64,000 nt of DNA from an uncultured Gemmatimonadales bacterium (GCA_963783305.1 CAWAMW010000007.1:224001-288000); one strand, 5' to 3'; positions 1 to 11,142 are shown, numbered from the stretch's first letter. Notes: generated by a model from the letters alone, not told the origin. Made by a program: numbers and translations.

Positions 1-113
1 TGAAACGACTCAAGGACGAGTACCGGGTCCTGGGCGTCCGGTGCTTCGATCTTTTCCCCCAGACGGCGCACGTCGAGACCGTCGTGGAGTTGGAATCATG
101 CGCTACTTCGTAA
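1..113 (+). CDS. 3' end of a 23S rRNA (uracil-5)-methyltransferase, RlmD/TrmA family (partial)
   Basis: Frame 3 reads [46 protein letters not shown] is the family's C-terminal motif; TAA at 111-113. Confidence 0.8.
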   Translation, partial: KRLKDEYRVLGVRCFDLFPQTAHVETVVELESCATS

Positions 114-625
114 CGGTGGCCGGGCGCGAGTTCGAGGTGGACCTGCGCTCGGATGTCCCGACGGTGGACGGCGAGCCGCTGGACGCCTCGCTGAACCTGA
201 TCCCCGGCACCCCGGTGCGGCACCTGCTGACGGATCGGCGCTCGCAGGCGCTGGTGGCGCGGCCGGGGGAGAAGGGCTTCTGGGACATTCACCTGAACGG
301 TGACCGCTATGAAGTGGAGGTCGTGGACGAGAGGACGCGCGCCATCCGGGCACTGACAGGACAGGGGTCGGCGGCGCAGGGGCCGCGTCCGATCCGTGCG
401 CCCATGCCGGGGCTGGTGGTGCGGGTGGACGTGGAAGAGGGAGACACGGTGCAGGCGGGACAGACGGTGGCGATCATCGAGGCCATGAAGATGGAGAACA
501 ATCTCAAGGCTGCGTCCGACGGAGTCGTCTCACGGGTGAAGGTCCGGGCGGGTGAGCCGGTGGAAAAGGGGACGGTCCTCGTGGAGCTGGCAGCGGCGGA
601 GGGAGGGACCGAGAGCGATGGGTGA
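98..625 (+). CDS. Biotin carboxyl carrier protein (acyl-CoA carboxylase subunit)
   Basis: APMPG and EAMKMEN biotinylation motif; ATG at 98 (175 aa). Confidence 0.9.
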   Translation: MRYFVTVAGREFEVDLRSDVPTVDGEPLDASLNLIPGTPVRHLLTDRRSQALVARPGEKGFWDIHLNGDRYEVEVVDERTRAIRALTGQGSAAQGPRPIRAPMPGLVVRVDVEEGDTVQAGQTVAIIEAMKMENNLKAASDGVVSRVKVRAGEPVEKGTVLVELAAAEGGTESDG

Positions 626-2180
626 CGGGGCGCGGCGGACCACGAGCGGAGTGGACGTGGAGCGGCTGTACGGGCCGGAGCGGACGATCGATCCACAGTC
701 TCTCGGCGACCCGGGCGAGTATCCGTTCACCCGGGGTGTCTATCCGGACATGTATCGTGGGCGACTGTGGACCATGCGGCAATACGCCGGCTTCGGCACC
801 GCCCAGGAGACCAACCAGCGCTATCGATACCTGCTGGACGCGGGACAGACCGGGCTGAGCGTGGCCTTCGACCTGCCCACGCAGATGGGGTACGACTCGG
901 ACGCCTCCATGGCGGCCGGTGAAGTGGGGCGGGTGGGTGTCGCGATCGACACGCTCGAGGACATGCGCCGTCTCTTCGACGGCATCCCCCTCGAGCAGGT
1001 TTCGGTCTCGATGACGATCAACGCCACCGCGGCCGTTCTCCTCGCCCTGTATGTGGCGCTGGGCGACGAGCGGGGGGTTGCGCGGGAGAAGCTGTCCGGG
1101 ACGATCCAGAACGACATCCTGAAGGAGTACATCGCCCGGGGCACCTACATCTACCCGGTGGAGCCCAGCCTGCGCCTCATCACGGACACGTTCGCCTTCT
1201 GTGCCAATGAGGTGCCCCGCTGGAACACCATCTCCATCAGCGGCTATCACATCCGCGAGGCCGGTGCTACGGCCGCGCAGGAGGTGGCGTTCACCTTTGC
1301 GAACGCGCTCGAGTATGTGGATCGGGCCGTGGCCGCGGGACTGGCGGTGGACGACTTCGCGCCGCGCCTGTCCTTCTTCTTCGCGGCGCACAACGACCTC
1401 TTCGAGGAGGTGGCAAAGTTCCGCGCCGCGCGCCGGCTGTGGGCGCGGCTCATGCGCGAGCGCTACGACGCCACGGGGAAATCGCTGCTGCTGCGGTTCC
1501 ACACGCAGACGGGCGGCGTGACGCTCACGGCTCAGCAGCCGCTCAACAACGTGGTGCGGGTGACGGTCCAGGCGCTCTCGGCGGTGCTCGGCGGCACGCA
1601 GTCGCTGCACACGAACGCCTACGACGAGGCGCTGGCGCTCCCCACGGCGGAGTCCGCGAAGCTCGCGCTTCGCACGCAGCAGATCCTGGCGCACGAGTCC
1701 GGTACGGCCCAGACCGTGGACCCCCTCGGCGGGAGCTACTACGTCGAGTCGCTCACGGACGCGCTGGAAGAGAAAGTGCGGGAGTACCTGGCGGAAGTTG
1801 CCGAGCAGGGCGGTGCGGCCCGGTCCATCGCGTACTTCCAGGAGGAGATCCACCGGTCGGCGTACGATCACCAGCGTGCGGTGGAGAGCGGGGAGCGTGT
1901 GATCGTGGGGGTGAACGAATACCGCGACGACGAAGGCCGAACGCGGATCCAGCAGCCCGACTATGGTGCCCTCGAGCGCGAGCAGCAGGAGCGGGTCCGG
2001 GAGGTGCGCGAGCGGCGTGATGCCGGCGCGGTCATGAACGCGCTGACCGCGGTGCGAGAGGCCGCTCGAAGCGATGCCAACCTGGTTCCGCCCATGGTGG
2101 AGGCGGTGAAGGCCCTGGCCACGCTGGGTGAGATCAGCGACATCCTCCGTGAAGAGTGGGGCCAGTACCACGAACGCTGA
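618..2180 (+). CDS. Methylmalonyl-CoA mutase, substrate-binding large subunit (no B12-binding domain)
   Basis: [37 protein letters not shown] motifs; the Tyr/Arg specificity pair fits methylmalonyl-CoA. Confidence 0.92.
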   Translation: MGDGARRTTSGVDVERLYGPERTIDPQSLGDPGEYPFTRGVYPDMYRGRLWTMRQYAGFGTAQETNQRYRYLLDAGQTGLSVAFDLPTQMGYDSDASMAAGEVGRVGVAIDTLEDMRRLFDGIPLEQVSVSMTINATAAVLLALYVALGDERGVAREKLSGTIQNDILKEYIARGTYIYPVEPSLRLITDTFAFCANEVPRWNTISISGYHIREAGATAAQEVAFTFANALEYVDRAVAAGLAVDDFAPRLSFFFAAHNDLFEEVAKFRAARRLWARLMRERYDATGKSLLLRFHTQTGGVTLTAQQPLNNVVRVTVQALSAVLGGTQSLHTNAYDEALALPTAESAKLALRTQQILAHESGTAQTVDPLGGSYYVESLTDALEEKVREYLAEVAEQGGAARSIAYFQEEIHRSAYDHQRAVESGERVIVGVNEYRDDEGRTRIQQPDYGALEREQQERVREVRERRDAGAVMNALTAVREAARSDANLVPPMVEAVKALATLGEISDILREEWGQYHER

Positions 2181-2254
2181 TGCAGCGCTCGCCGGAGAGG
2201 GCCCCGCGGGGCCCCGGGCGGCGCACGACCTGAACGAGGAAACCGAGAGCTAGC

Positions 2255-2605
2255 GTGCCGACGTACGAGTATCGGTGCCCCGAGGGGCACGAGTTCGAGA
2301 AGTTCCAACGGATGAGCGACCCGCCCGAGGCGGATTGCCCGGAGTGCGCGCGGGCCGCCGAGCGGATCCTTTCCGGTGGCGCGGGCCTCCTGTTCAAGGG
2401 CGAGGGCTTCTACATCACCGACTATCGGAGCGACAGCTACAAGAAGGCGGCGCAGAAGGACAAGTCGGGATCCGAGTCGAAATCGGAATCCAAGGGCTCT
2501 TCGAGTGGCGAATCGAAGTCGGGGTCGGGCGGCTCGGGCGGCTCGGGCGGGTCGGGCGGGTCGTCGTCGAAGTCGTCGGACAGCAAGACGCGGAGCAAGG
2601 AGTGA
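2255..2605 (+). CDS. FmdB family zinc-ribbon protein with a Gly/Ser-rich tail
   Basis: MPTYEYRC..GH..CPEC, FKGEGFYITDY. Confidence 0.9.
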   Translation: MPTYEYRCPEGHEFEKFQRMSDPPEADCPECARAAERILSGGAGLLFKGEGFYITDYRSDSYKKAAQKDKSGSESKSESKGSSSGESKSGSGGSGGSGGSGGSSSKSSDSKTRSKE

Positions 2606-4287
2606 CGGCCGAAGACGCGCTGCGGGCCAGGCTGGCGGAGATGGCCGAGTCCCTCGGCGCGCCGGGTGTGGAGCCCCAGCTCGACCGGCCGCGCAACCCG
2701 GAGCACGGCGACTGGGCGACCAACCTGGCGATGGTGCTGGCGAGCCGGCTCAAGCGGCCGCCCCGGCAGATCGCCGAGGAGATCGCCGCCAACCTGGACC
2801 TGTCCGGCGCCGGGGTGCGCAGTGCGGAGGTTGCGGGCCCCGGCTTCATCAATTTCCGCCTGACAGGCGCACAGCTGGCCACGCTTCTCGACCGCGTTCT
2901 GGAGGAGGACCTGGACTACGGGCGATCCGGGGGCGTGGCCGACGGTCCCGTCATGGTGGAGTTCGTTTCCGCCAATCCCACCGGTCCGCTGCACATCGGC
3001 CACGGGCGCCAGGCCGCGCTGGGCGATGGGATCGCGAGCCTGCTGGAATGGACCGGTCGCACGGTCCAGCGGGAGTTCTACTACAACGATTCCGGGCGGC
3101 AGATGGACCTCCTTGCCCGAAGCGTATGGGCGCGGTACCAGGAGCGGCTGGGGCAGGACGTGGAGTTCCCTTCCGAGGGCTACCATGGCGAGTACGTGCA
3201 GGACGTCGCGGCGAGTCTGGAGGCGGAGGTAGGGGACCGGTACCGCGGCGACGATTCCCAGGAGGCACTGGACGCCATGCGTCGTCATGCCGTGGGGATC
3301 TTGCGGCGGGAGCAGGACCGGGACCTGGAGGCGTTCGGCGTCCATTTCGACCACCACTTCCTGGAGTCATCGCTGTACGAGGGTGGACGTGTGGAGGGCA
3401 CCGCCGACGCGCTGCGGGAGACCGGTCTCGTGTACGAGCACGAGGGTGCCGTGTGGCTGAAGACCACCGAGTACGGCGACTCGAAGGACCGGGTCATGAT
3501 CCGGAGCGATGGTGCGCCCACGTACTTCCTGCCGGACATCGCCTACCACGTGACGAAGTGGGAGCGGGGCTTCCACGACGCCATCAACGTGCAGGGCTCC
3601 GACCATCACGGCACCGTGGCGCGGGTGCGGGCCGGGCTGCAGGCGCTGGGTCTGCCAGCGGGTTACCCCGAGTATGTGCTGCACCAGATGGTGCGGCTGG
3701 AGCGGGGCGGCCGCGAGGTGAAGTTCTCGAAGCGGGCTGGGTCGTATACCACGCTCCGGGAACTGTTCGAGGAGACCGGCACGGACGTGGCTCGCTACTT
3801 CTTCCTCATGCGGCGGGCCGAGACCCAGATGGTCTTCGACCTGGACCTTGCCCTGGACCAGTCGGACAAGAACCCGGTCTACAAGGTCCAGTACGCGCAC
3901 GCCCGGCTCACCAGCATCTTCCGGAAGGCCGGGGTGGACCCGGACTCGGCCGGTGCCGGGGCGGACACGGGACTGCTCCAGACCGAGGACGAGCAGGCGC
4001 TCATGAAGCAGCTCGGCCAGCTGCCGGAGGTCATCGAGAGGGCGGCGGCGGGTCGTGCGCCGCACCTGGTCTGTGACTACCTTGAGGAGACGGCGGGGAT
4101 GGCCAACTCCTGGTACCACTCGGGGAACCCGAGCCGGAACCCGGAGCTGGCCGTGCTGGTGGATGATCCGGACCTCAGGGAAGCGCGGCTCACGCTGGCC
4201 CGGGGGGTCCGGATCGTGTTGCGTAACGGGCTCCGGGTCCTGGGACTGACGGCGCCGGACCGGATGGCGAGAGAGGACGTGGAATGA
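2602..4287 (+). CDS. argS: Arginine--tRNA ligase
   Basis: GPGFINF, SANPTGPLHIGH, KFSKR, QYAHAR; GTG start overlaps the upstream stop. Confidence 0.95.
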   Translation: MTAEDALRARLAEMAESLGAPGVEPQLDRPRNPEHGDWATNLAMVLASRLKRPPRQIAEEIAANLDLSGAGVRSAEVAGPGFINFRLTGAQLATLLDRVLEEDLDYGRSGGVADGPVMVEFVSANPTGPLHIGHGRQAALGDGIASLLEWTGRTVQREFYYNDSGRQMDLLARSVWARYQERLGQDVEFPSEGYHGEYVQDVAASLEAEVGDRYRGDDSQEALDAMRRHAVGILRREQDRDLEAFGVHFDHHFLESSLYEGGRVEGTADALRETGLVYEHEGAVWLKTTEYGDSKDRVMIRSDGAPTYFLPDIAYHVTKWERGFHDAINVQGSDHHGTVARVRAGLQALGLPAGYPEYVLHQMVRLERGGREVKFSKRAGSYTTLRELFEETGTDVARYFFLMRRAETQMVFDLDLALDQSDKNPVYKVQYAHARLTSIFRKAGVDPDSAGAGADTGLLQTEDEQALMKQLGQLPEVIERAAAGRAPHLVCDYLEETAGMANSWYHSGNPSRNPELAVLVDDPDLREARLTLARGVRIVLRNGLRVLGLTAPDRMAREDVE

Positions 4288-5210
4288 GTATTCTCGTGGT
4301 GGGCAGCGTGGCCACCGACCGGATCGAGACCCCTTTCGGGAAAGCCGATCGGACGCTGGGCGGCGCAGCCACCTACTTTTCGGCCGCCGCCTCCCTCTTC
4401 CAGCCGGTCTCCCTCGTAGGAGTCATTGGCACCGACTTCCCGGAGCACGAGCTCCAGTTCCTGAAGGACCGGGGCGTGGACATGGTCGGTCTGGAGAAGG
4501 CGGAAGGCGAAAGCTTCTTCTGGTCCGGCCGGTACCACTTCGACCTGAACAACCGGGACACGCTGGAGACGCGCCTGGGCGTTTTCGCCGATTTCCAGCC
4601 CAAGATCCCGGAGCACTGCCGGGACGCGGAGTGGGTGTTCCTGGCGAACATCGATCCCCAGCTCCAACTCGACGTGCTGGACCAGGTGGACGCGCCCAAA
4701 TTCACGGCGGCCGACACCATGAACTACTGGATCGAGGGCCACCGGGACAAGCTCCTGGATCTACTCGGCCGCATCGACTGCCTCATGCTCAACGACAGCG
4801 AGGCCCGCGAGCTTTCCGGTGATTACAACCTGACCCGCGCCGCCCGCTGGATCCGCGACCGGGGTCCGCGGATCGTGGTGGTCAAGAAGGGGGAGCATGG
4901 AGCGCTGCTCTTCACCGACAACCACATCTTCTTCGCCCCTGGCTACCCGCTGGAAGAGGTCTTCGACCCCACCGGCGCGGGCGATTCCTTCGCCGGGGGG
5001 TTCATGGGCTGGCTGGCGCACGCCGGCTCTTTCGGTGAGGACGAGCTGCGCAGGGCCATGATCTATGGCTCCGCCACCGGGTCTCTGGTGTGCGAGAAGA
5101 TGGGAGTGGAGCGGCTGCGAGAGCTCGATGTCGAGGAAGTGCACGAGCGTGTGAGGGAGTTCCGGAGGATGACGGTGTTCGAGCACCCCGTGGCCAGGGC
5201 CCATGGCTGA
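4284..5210 (+). CDS. PfkB family carbohydrate kinase
   Basis: N-terminal GGAA and C-terminal DPTGAGDSFAGG signature. Confidence 0.9.
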   Translation: MSILVVGSVATDRIETPFGKADRTLGGAATYFSAAASLFQPVSLVGVIGTDFPEHELQFLKDRGVDMVGLEKAEGESFFWSGRYHFDLNNRDTLETRLGVFADFQPKIPEHCRDAEWVFLANIDPQLQLDVLDQVDAPKFTAADTMNYWIEGHRDKLLDLLGRIDCLMLNDSEARELSGDYNLTRAARWIRDRGPRIVVVKKGEHGALLFTDNHIFFAPGYPLEEVFDPTGAGDSFAGGFMGWLAHAGSFGEDELRRAMIYGSATGSLVCEKMGVERLRELDVEEVHERVREFRRMTVFEHPVARAHG

Positions 5211-6243
5211 CGGGCTCAGCTACCGGGACGCCGGGGTCGACCGGGAGATGGCGGAGCGCGCCAAGGACCGGATCGCGGAGCTGGTCGCGTCCACCGACAC
5301 CGATGGAGTGCTCTCGAAGGTGGGGTCCTTTGGTGGACTTTTCCGAATGCCCAAGGACGCCACTTCACCGGTGCTGGTCTCCAGCGCGGACGGCGTGGGG
5401 ACGAAGCTGAAGGTGGCGATGCGCGCCGGCCGCCACGACACCGTGGGTCACGACCTCGTCAACCACTGCGTGGACGACATCCTGGTGGAAGGCGCGCGCC
5501 CGCTGTTCTTCCTGGACTACATCGGGATGGGGGCCCTCGAGGAGGGCGTGGTGGGGGAGCTGGTCGAGGGGCTGGCCCGGGGCTGCCGTGAGAACGGCTG
5601 CGCCCTCCTCGGCGGCGAGACCGCCGAGATGCCGGACTTCTATGCGCCCGGCGAGTACGACCTGGCCGGCTTCATCGTCGGAATGACGGAGGAGGACCGG
5701 CGGCCGGGGGTGAACCGGGTGAGGGAAGGGGCCGTGCTCGTGGCGCTCGCTTCCGGCGGGTTCCATACCAATGGCTACTCGCTGCTGCGGAAGCTCCTGT
5801 TCGAGCGTCTGTCGCTCGACCTGGACGACCCGTTCCCGGAGGACGGCCGTCCCGTGGGCGATGTGCTGCTCCAGGTGCACCGCAGCTATCTGAAGCCGGT
5901 GCTTCCGCTCATCGAGGACGGCACCGTGCATGCCCTCGCCCATATCACGGGTGGCGGGATCCCCGGGAACCTCTCGCGCTCCCTGCCCAGCGGCGCACGG
6001 GCGCGGATCGATCGGTCGAGCTGGACCGTGCCACCGGCCTTCCGCGGTGTGATGGAAGCGGGCGGGATCGACGAAATGGAGATGTTTCAAACCTTCAACA
6101 TGGGCATTGGCATGATCCTCGTCGTGGACGGGGACGCGGCCGATGACGTGGTCAGGGCTCTCGAACATGCGGGCGAGCAAGCGTGGGTTCTCGGAACCGT
6201 GGAGCAGCGGCCGGATGATGGAGACGCTGTCGTACTGGAGTAG
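5203..6243 (+). CDS. purM: Phosphoribosylformylglycinamidine cyclo-ligase
   Basis: YRDAGVD, DGVGTK, GGETAEMP, HITGGG, TFNMGIG. Confidence 0.95.
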   Translation: MADGLSYRDAGVDREMAERAKDRIAELVASTDTDGVLSKVGSFGGLFRMPKDATSPVLVSSADGVGTKLKVAMRAGRHDTVGHDLVNHCVDDILVEGARPLFFLDYIGMGALEEGVVGELVEGLARGCRENGCALLGGETAEMPDFYAPGEYDLAGFIVGMTEEDRRPGVNRVREGAVLVALASGGFHTNGYSLLRKLLFERLSLDLDDPFPEDGRPVGDVLLQVHRSYLKPVLPLIEDGTVHALAHITGGGIPGNLSRSLPSGARARIDRSSWTVPPAFRGVMEAGGIDEMEMFQTFNMGIGMILVVDGDAADDVVRALEHAGEQAWVLGTVEQRPDDGDAVVLE

Positions 6244-7249
6244 GCGACCCGGGGTCGCGGCGCGTGTCTGCGCGTTGACGCTCCTCGGTGGGCTCCTCTC
6301 GGTGGTGGTGCCCACCGGGGCACGCGCTCAGAGCGACGACCTCAGCCGGGCGTGTGTCAGCCCGTACAGCGTTCCGAGCGACCCGGTGTCCGCGGAGTGT
6401 GCGCTCTCCGTGGCGGCGGTCCGACTGATCCAGCCCAGAGTGGGTCTCGCTCTCTTCGGCGGGAGCCCCGTTCCCGGCAGCGCGAGCACGCTCGGCATGC
6501 GACTCGGGTCGGTCCCGCGGTTCAGCCTGTCCGGCCGGACCATCGTACTGCCCATGGAGCTGCCGCCCCTGGCGGACCGGGCGGTGAACCTGCAGCCCAT
6601 GCCGAACCTCAGGCCCGGCGAGGGCGTGGGCGCGCTGGCGTTCGGGCTGTCGGGGCAGGCGACCGTGGGGCTGCTGTCCGGGTGGTCGCCGCTCCCGACC
6701 GTCGGCGGCGTGCTGGCGGTGGACGCCATCGGGCGCGCCTCCTGGCTCCACCTCCCGGGCGAGCAGGGCTTCGACGGGAGCAGCGTCTGGGGCGCCTCGC
6801 TCGGCGTTCGGGTGGGTGCGCTCCGGGAGTCGTTCACGCTCCCGGGGATCTCCGTCACCGGATCGTACGGGCGGAGCACGAGCTTCACGTTCGGTGAGCC
6901 GAACGACCCCACGGGCGGTCACATAGAGACGGGCGTCGGGAACTGGAATCTCACGGGTGCCCTCACCAAGCGGATCGGCGCGATGGGCTTTACCGGCGGC
7001 GTCGCCTTCGACCGGTACACGGGGGACGTGGAGTTCTCCTACGTGGGCGGCCCGGTGAATGGGGTGCGGGCGGATGCCGCCACGGACCGCTGGTCGGCGT
7101 TCGCGAACGCCTCGTGGACGTTCCTGATCCTCCACGCGTCTCTGGAGGCCGGATGGCAGGACGCGCCCGTGCCAGGCGGTCTGCCACAGGGGACGACGCT
7201 GGATCCCACGGGCTGGTGGGTGGGCACCGCCCTTCGCATGTCGATCTGA
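6215..7249 (+). CDS. Exported hypothetical protein, possibly an outer-membrane beta-barrel
   Basis: Signal peptide ending ARA-Q; alternating beta-strand patterns; ends VGTALRMSI; stop coupled to the ribD start; start uncertain. Confidence 0.6.
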   Translation: MMETLSYWSRRPGVAARVCALTLLGGLLSVVVPTGARAQSDDLSRACVSPYSVPSDPVSAECALSVAAVRLIQPRVGLALFGGSPVPGSASTLGMRLGSVPRFSLSGRTIVLPMELPPLADRAVNLQPMPNLRPGEGVGALAFGLSGQATVGLLSGWSPLPTVGGVLAVDAIGRASWLHLPGEQGFDGSSVWGASLGVRVGALRESFTLPGISVTGSYGRSTSFTFGEPNDPTGGHIETGVGNWNLTGALTKRIGAMGFTGGVAFDRYTGDVEFSYVGGPVNGVRADAATDRWSAFANASWTFLILHASLEAGWQDAPVPGGLPQGTTLDPTGWWVGTALRMSI

Positions 7250-8340
7250 TGAGCCCGGCCGCCCCTGACACCGACGATCGGTTCATGGGCAGGGCGCTCG
7301 AGCTGGCGGCCGAGGGGTGGGGCCGTGTGCACCCCAACCCGCTGGTGGGCGCCGTGGTGGTCCTGAACGGCGTGGTGGTGGGCGAGGGTGCTCACCGCGA
7401 GTTCGGAGGGCCGCACGCAGAGGTGGAAGCGCTGAAGGCCGCGGGGCCGAAGGCACGGGGAGCCACGCTGTACGTGACGCTCGAGCCGTGCGCGCACCAC
7501 GGCAAGACGCCCCCGTGCACCACCGCCATCCTCGAGCACGGGATCCGACGTCTCGTCTACGCCGCGCGCGATCCGAATCCCGAGGCCACCGGGGGCGGAG
7601 CACGGCTCGCCCAGCAGGGCCTCGAGGTCGTGAGTGGGGTGGGCGCGGACCGCGCCCGGCGTCAGAATGCTCTCTTTCTCCATCCGATCGAGGCCGAGCG
7701 CCCCTTCACCGCGCTCAAGTTCGGAATGACGCTGGACGCGCGGATTTCGAGGGAGGCCGGTGAGCGGACGGCTATTACGGGCCCGGAGTCGCAGGCGGAG
7801 GTTCATCGGCTCAGGTCCGGCTTCGACGCGGTTCTCGTGGGGGGCAGGACGGCGCGGGTGGACGACCCGGAGCTGACGGTGCGCCACGCGCCCCCACCGC
7901 GCGTACCCCCTGTCCGTGTGGTGATGGACCCGATGGCGCGACTCCCGCCGGAGAGCCGGCTCGCTACGACGGCCGGCGACGTCCCGGTGCGGGCGCTGGT
8001 GGCGCCGGACGCGCCAGGGGACCGGGTGGCGGCGCTGCGGCGCTCCGGCGTGGACGTCGTCGAGGTCCCGAGGGTGCAGTCGGGGCTGGACCTGGACGCC
8101 AGCCTGGAGGCGCTCTGGGAGCGCGGCATCCGGACCATCTTCTGCGAGGGCGGCGGCCGATTGGCGTCGTCGCTGCTCGAGGGCGGTCAGGTCCAGCGTC
8201 TGTACCTGTTCGTGGCCCCGGTGGTGTTCGGTGGAAGCGGTGTGCCTGCTTTTCCGGGCGATTCAGTGTTCCGGGGCGAGCGGCCGGAGGTGCGGCAGCT
8301 CGGCTCAGACACTCTTCTAGTCATAGATCGGAGCGCATGA
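7249..8340 (+). CDS. ribD: Bifunctional riboflavin deaminase/reductase
   Basis: PNPLVG, HAE, TLEPCAHHGKTPPC, EGGGRL. Confidence 0.95.
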   Translation: MSPAAPDTDDRFMGRALELAAEGWGRVHPNPLVGAVVVLNGVVVGEGAHREFGGPHAEVEALKAAGPKARGATLYVTLEPCAHHGKTPPCTTAILEHGIRRLVYAARDPNPEATGGGARLAQQGLEVVSGVGADRARRQNALFLHPIEAERPFTALKFGMTLDARISREAGERTAITGPESQAEVHRLRSGFDAVLVGGRTARVDDPELTVRHAPPPRVPPVRVVMDPMARLPPESRLATTAGDVPVRALVAPDAPGDRVAALRRSGVDVVEVPRVQSGLDLDASLEALWERGIRTIFCEGGGRLASSLLEGGQVQRLYLFVAPVVFGGSGVPAFPGDSVFRGERPEVRQLGSDTLLVIDRSA

Positions 8341-8948
8341 TGTTCAGCGGTATCGTGGAGGCGGTGGGGCGGGTAGAGCGCGTGGACGCGGCGGACAATG
8401 GCCGCCGCTTCCGGATCTCGGCGCCGTTCGCGCAGGAGCTGGGAGAGGGCGACTCCGTGGCGGTGGAGGGAGTGTGCCTCACGGCCACGGCGCTGGACGG
8501 CGCCGTGTTCGAGGTGGAAGCCATCGCCACAACGCTGTCCCGCACGACGCTGGGCGAGCTCGAAGAAGGGGCCGCGGTGAACCTGGAGCGGGCGCTCGCC
8601 CTGGGTGACCGCCTCGGCGGGCACCTGGTTCAGGGGCATGTGGACGCCGTGGGCGAGGTCGTGGCGGTGACGCGGGAGGGCGAGCACGTTCTTCTGGACG
8701 TGCGGCTGCCGGGGGTCGTTTCCGAGGTCACCGTTCTGCACGGCTCCATTGCGATCGCGGGAGTGAGCTTGACGGTGAATGCCATGCGGGCGTCAGACGT
8801 GGCGCAGGTGGCGCTGATCCCGTACACCTGGGATCACACGACGCTGCGGGACCTTCGGCCCGGAGGCGGGGTTAACCTCGAGGGAGACATGCTGGGACGG
8901 TTCGTGGTGGACTACATGAAGAAGCGCGGCCAGAAGGAGGCCGGATGA
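8337..8948 (+). CDS. ribE: Riboflavin synthase alpha chain
   Basis: MFSGIVE, GVCLT, VNLERAL, GGHLVQGHVD. Confidence 0.95.
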   Translation: MMFSGIVEAVGRVERVDAADNGRRFRISAPFAQELGEGDSVAVEGVCLTATALDGAVFEVEAIATTLSRTTLGELEEGAAVNLERALALGDRLGGHLVQGHVDAVGEVVAVTREGEHVLLDVRLPGVVSEVTVLHGSIAIAGVSLTVNAMRASDVAQVALIPYTWDHTTLRDLRPGGGVNLEGDMLGRFVVDYMKKRGQKEAG

Positions 8949-10264
8949 GCAGCGCCCCTGTGGGGTTCGACCCCGTCGAAGAAGCGATCGCCGAGATCCG
9001 CGAAGGCCGGATGGTGATCGTGGCCGATGACGAGGACCGGGAGAACGAGGGCGACCTGGTGGTTGCCGCCTCCCGGATCTCCCCGGAAACGGTCAACTTC
9101 ATGGCCCGGCACGCCCGTGGCCTGATCTGTGTCGCGCTGACCCCCGCACGGGCCGAGCAGCTGGGGCTGCCGCTCATGGCGGAGCAGAACACCGAGGCGT
9201 TCCGGACGGCCTTCACGGTAAGCGTGGACGGACACCCGCGGTTCGGCGTCACGACCGGTATCAGCGCCCGGGATCGGGCGAAGACCATCGAGCTGCTGGT
9301 GGACCCGGAGACGAAGCCGAGCGACCTGCGTCGGCCCGGGCACGTGTTCCCGCTCCGGGCGGTCCCTGGGGGCGTCCTGCGCCGCGTCGGGCAGACCGAG
9401 GCTTCCGTCGATCTCGCCCGCCTCGCCGGACTGCCCCCGGCGGGTGTGATCTGTGAGATCATGAACGAGGACGGCACCATGGCCCGGCGCCCCGAGCTGG
9501 AGCGGTTTGCCGCCGAACACGCGATCAAGTTCATCACCGTCGCCCAGATCGTTGCCTATCGCCTGACCAACGAGCGGCTCGTCCGGCGCATCGCGGAAGC
9601 CGCCATGCCCACGGAGTACGGCGAGTTCAAGGTGATGGCGTTCGAGAACCAGATCGACGGCCTGGAGCACGTCGCCATCGTGAAAGGCGACGTGGAGGGG
9701 GGCGAGGACATCCTGGTGCGGATGCACTCGGAGTGTCTCACCGGGGACGTGTTCCATTCTCAGCGCTGCGACTGCGGCCTTCAGCTGGAGGCCGCCATGC
9801 GCCAGATCGACGAGGAGGGGCGCGGTGTCATCGTCTACCTGCGACAGGAGGGCCGGGGGATCGGACTGGCGAACAAGATCCGGGCGTATGCGCTCCAGGA
9901 CACGGGCCAGGACACCGTGGAGGCGAACGAGTCGCTGGGGTTCAAGCCGGACCTGCGGGACTACGGGATCGGAGCCCAGATCCTCCTGGACCTGGGACTC
10001 AGCACCATCCGGCTGCTCACGAACAACCCGCGCAAGATCGTCGGGCTGGAAGGGTACGGCCTGCAGATTACCGGGCGGGAGCCGATCCATGTGGAGCCCA
10101 CGGCGCACAACCGGAGCTACCTGGAGACCAAGCGGACCCGACTCGGTCACATCCTGCCGGAGGCGGTCGAGCCGGCGCTCGGCGAGGAGACCACGACAGG
10201 GCGGGGCAACGGTGTGCCCGCCGCGGACGGCGATTCGGAGATGGCCGGGGAGAGGGAGGACTGA
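8945..10264 (+). CDS. ribBA: DHBP synthase / GTP cyclohydrolase II
   Basis: DDEDRENEGDL, RMHSECLTGD, CDC, QEGRGIGL, LLTNNP. Confidence 0.95.
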   Translation: MSSAPVGFDPVEEAIAEIREGRMVIVADDEDRENEGDLVVAASRISPETVNFMARHARGLICVALTPARAEQLGLPLMAEQNTEAFRTAFTVSVDGHPRFGVTTGISARDRAKTIELLVDPETKPSDLRRPGHVFPLRAVPGGVLRRVGQTEASVDLARLAGLPPAGVICEIMNEDGTMARRPELERFAAEHAIKFITVAQIVAYRLTNERLVRRIAEAAMPTEYGEFKVMAFENQIDGLEHVAIVKGDVEGGEDILVRMHSECLTGDVFHSQRCDCGLQLEAAMRQIDEEGRGVIVYLRQEGRGIGLANKIRAYALQDTGQDTVEANESLGFKPDLRDYGIGAQILLDLGLSTIRLLTNNPRKIVGLEGYGLQITGREPIHVEPTAHNRSYLETKRTRLGHILPEAVEPALGEETTTGRGNGVPAADGDSEMAGERED

Positions 10265-10265
10265 G

Positions 10266-10739
10266 GTGGAGATCGAAGGATCGACGGACGGCGCGGGACT
10301 ACGGTTTCTGGTCGTCGTCTCGCGTTTCAACGAGACGGAGACCGAGCAGCTGCTGGAGGGAGCGATGGCGTGCCTGGTCGAGCACGGACTCCGGGAAGAC
10401 GATGTGGACGTGGTGCGGGTCCCCGGCGCGTTCGAGATCCCCGGGACGATCGGAGTGGCGCTCCGTTACGGGAGCTATGACGGGATCGTCGCCCTGGGCT
10501 GCGTGATCCGGGGTGAGACGCCCCACTTCGACTACGTGGCCGGGGAAGCCGCGCGCGGCGTGCAGGAGCTGGCGGTGCGGCACGATGTCCCCATCGGGTT
10601 CGGCGTGCTGACCACGGACACGCGGGAGCAGGCGCTGGCGCGGGCTGGCGGTCCGCGCGGCAACAAGGGCCGGGACGCGGCTCTGACCACGCTGGAAATG
10701 GTGCACCTGTATCGGGGATTGCGACCGGATGCGCGATAG
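10266..10739 (+). CDS. ribH: 6,7-dimethyl-8-ribityllumazine synthase
   Basis: SRFN, VPGAFEIP, VIRGETPHFDYV, GNKG; GTG at 10266. Confidence 0.95.
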   Translation: MEIEGSTDGAGLRFLVVVSRFNETETEQLLEGAMACLVEHGLREDDVDVVRVPGAFEIPGTIGVALRYGSYDGIVALGCVIRGETPHFDYVAGEAARGVQELAVRHDVPIGFGVLTTDTREQALARAGGPRGNKGRDAALTTLEMVHLYRGLRPDAR

Positions 10740-11142
10740 AAGCAAGGCACGGGCGTGGGGACTGCGCGTCCTCTACGCCTGGGACTCCCGCAGCGACGCG
10801 GAGCTGGCCGTAGTCCTGGATGAGTTCCTCACGCGGCGGCGCATCGCGCCCGATCGCCGAGAGTACGTGCGGCGCCTGGTGACCCACGTGGCGGAGGACC
10901 GAGAGGGCCTGGATGGCGCCATCCAGGAGAGCCTCACCAACTGGCGCTTCGAACGGCTATCCGTCATTGACCGGAACATCCTCCGCCTCGCCGCGGCGGA
11001 GATGCTCCACATGGAGGACATCCCTCCACGCGTCTCCATCCAGGAGGCGCTGAACCTGGCCGAGCGCTACGGCACCGACCAGAGCCCCCGCTTCATCAAC
11101 GGCGTTCTGGACGCGCTGATGCGGCGCATCGGACGGGGATGA
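10729..11142 (+). CDS. nusB: Transcription antitermination factor NusB
   Basis: WRFERLSVIDRNILRL, FINGVLD; classical ribH-nusB order. Confidence 0.93.
   Translation: MRDRSKARAWGLRVLYAWDSRSDAELAVVLDEFLTRRRIAPDRREYVRRLVTHVAEDREGLDGAIQESLTNWRFERLSVIDRNILRLAAAEMLHMEDIPPRVSIQEALNLAERYGTDQSPRFINGVLDALMRRIGRG

Noticed and set aside
2521..2570. GGCGGCTCG-type short tandem repeat
   Set aside because: Encodes the GGS low-complexity tail of the FmdB-family protein; in-frame 9-mers, not a phase-variation tract.
7100..7249. FMN riboswitch ahead of the rib operon
   Set aside because: ribD is translationally coupled to the upstream gene; there is no leader space and I saw no RFN consensus.
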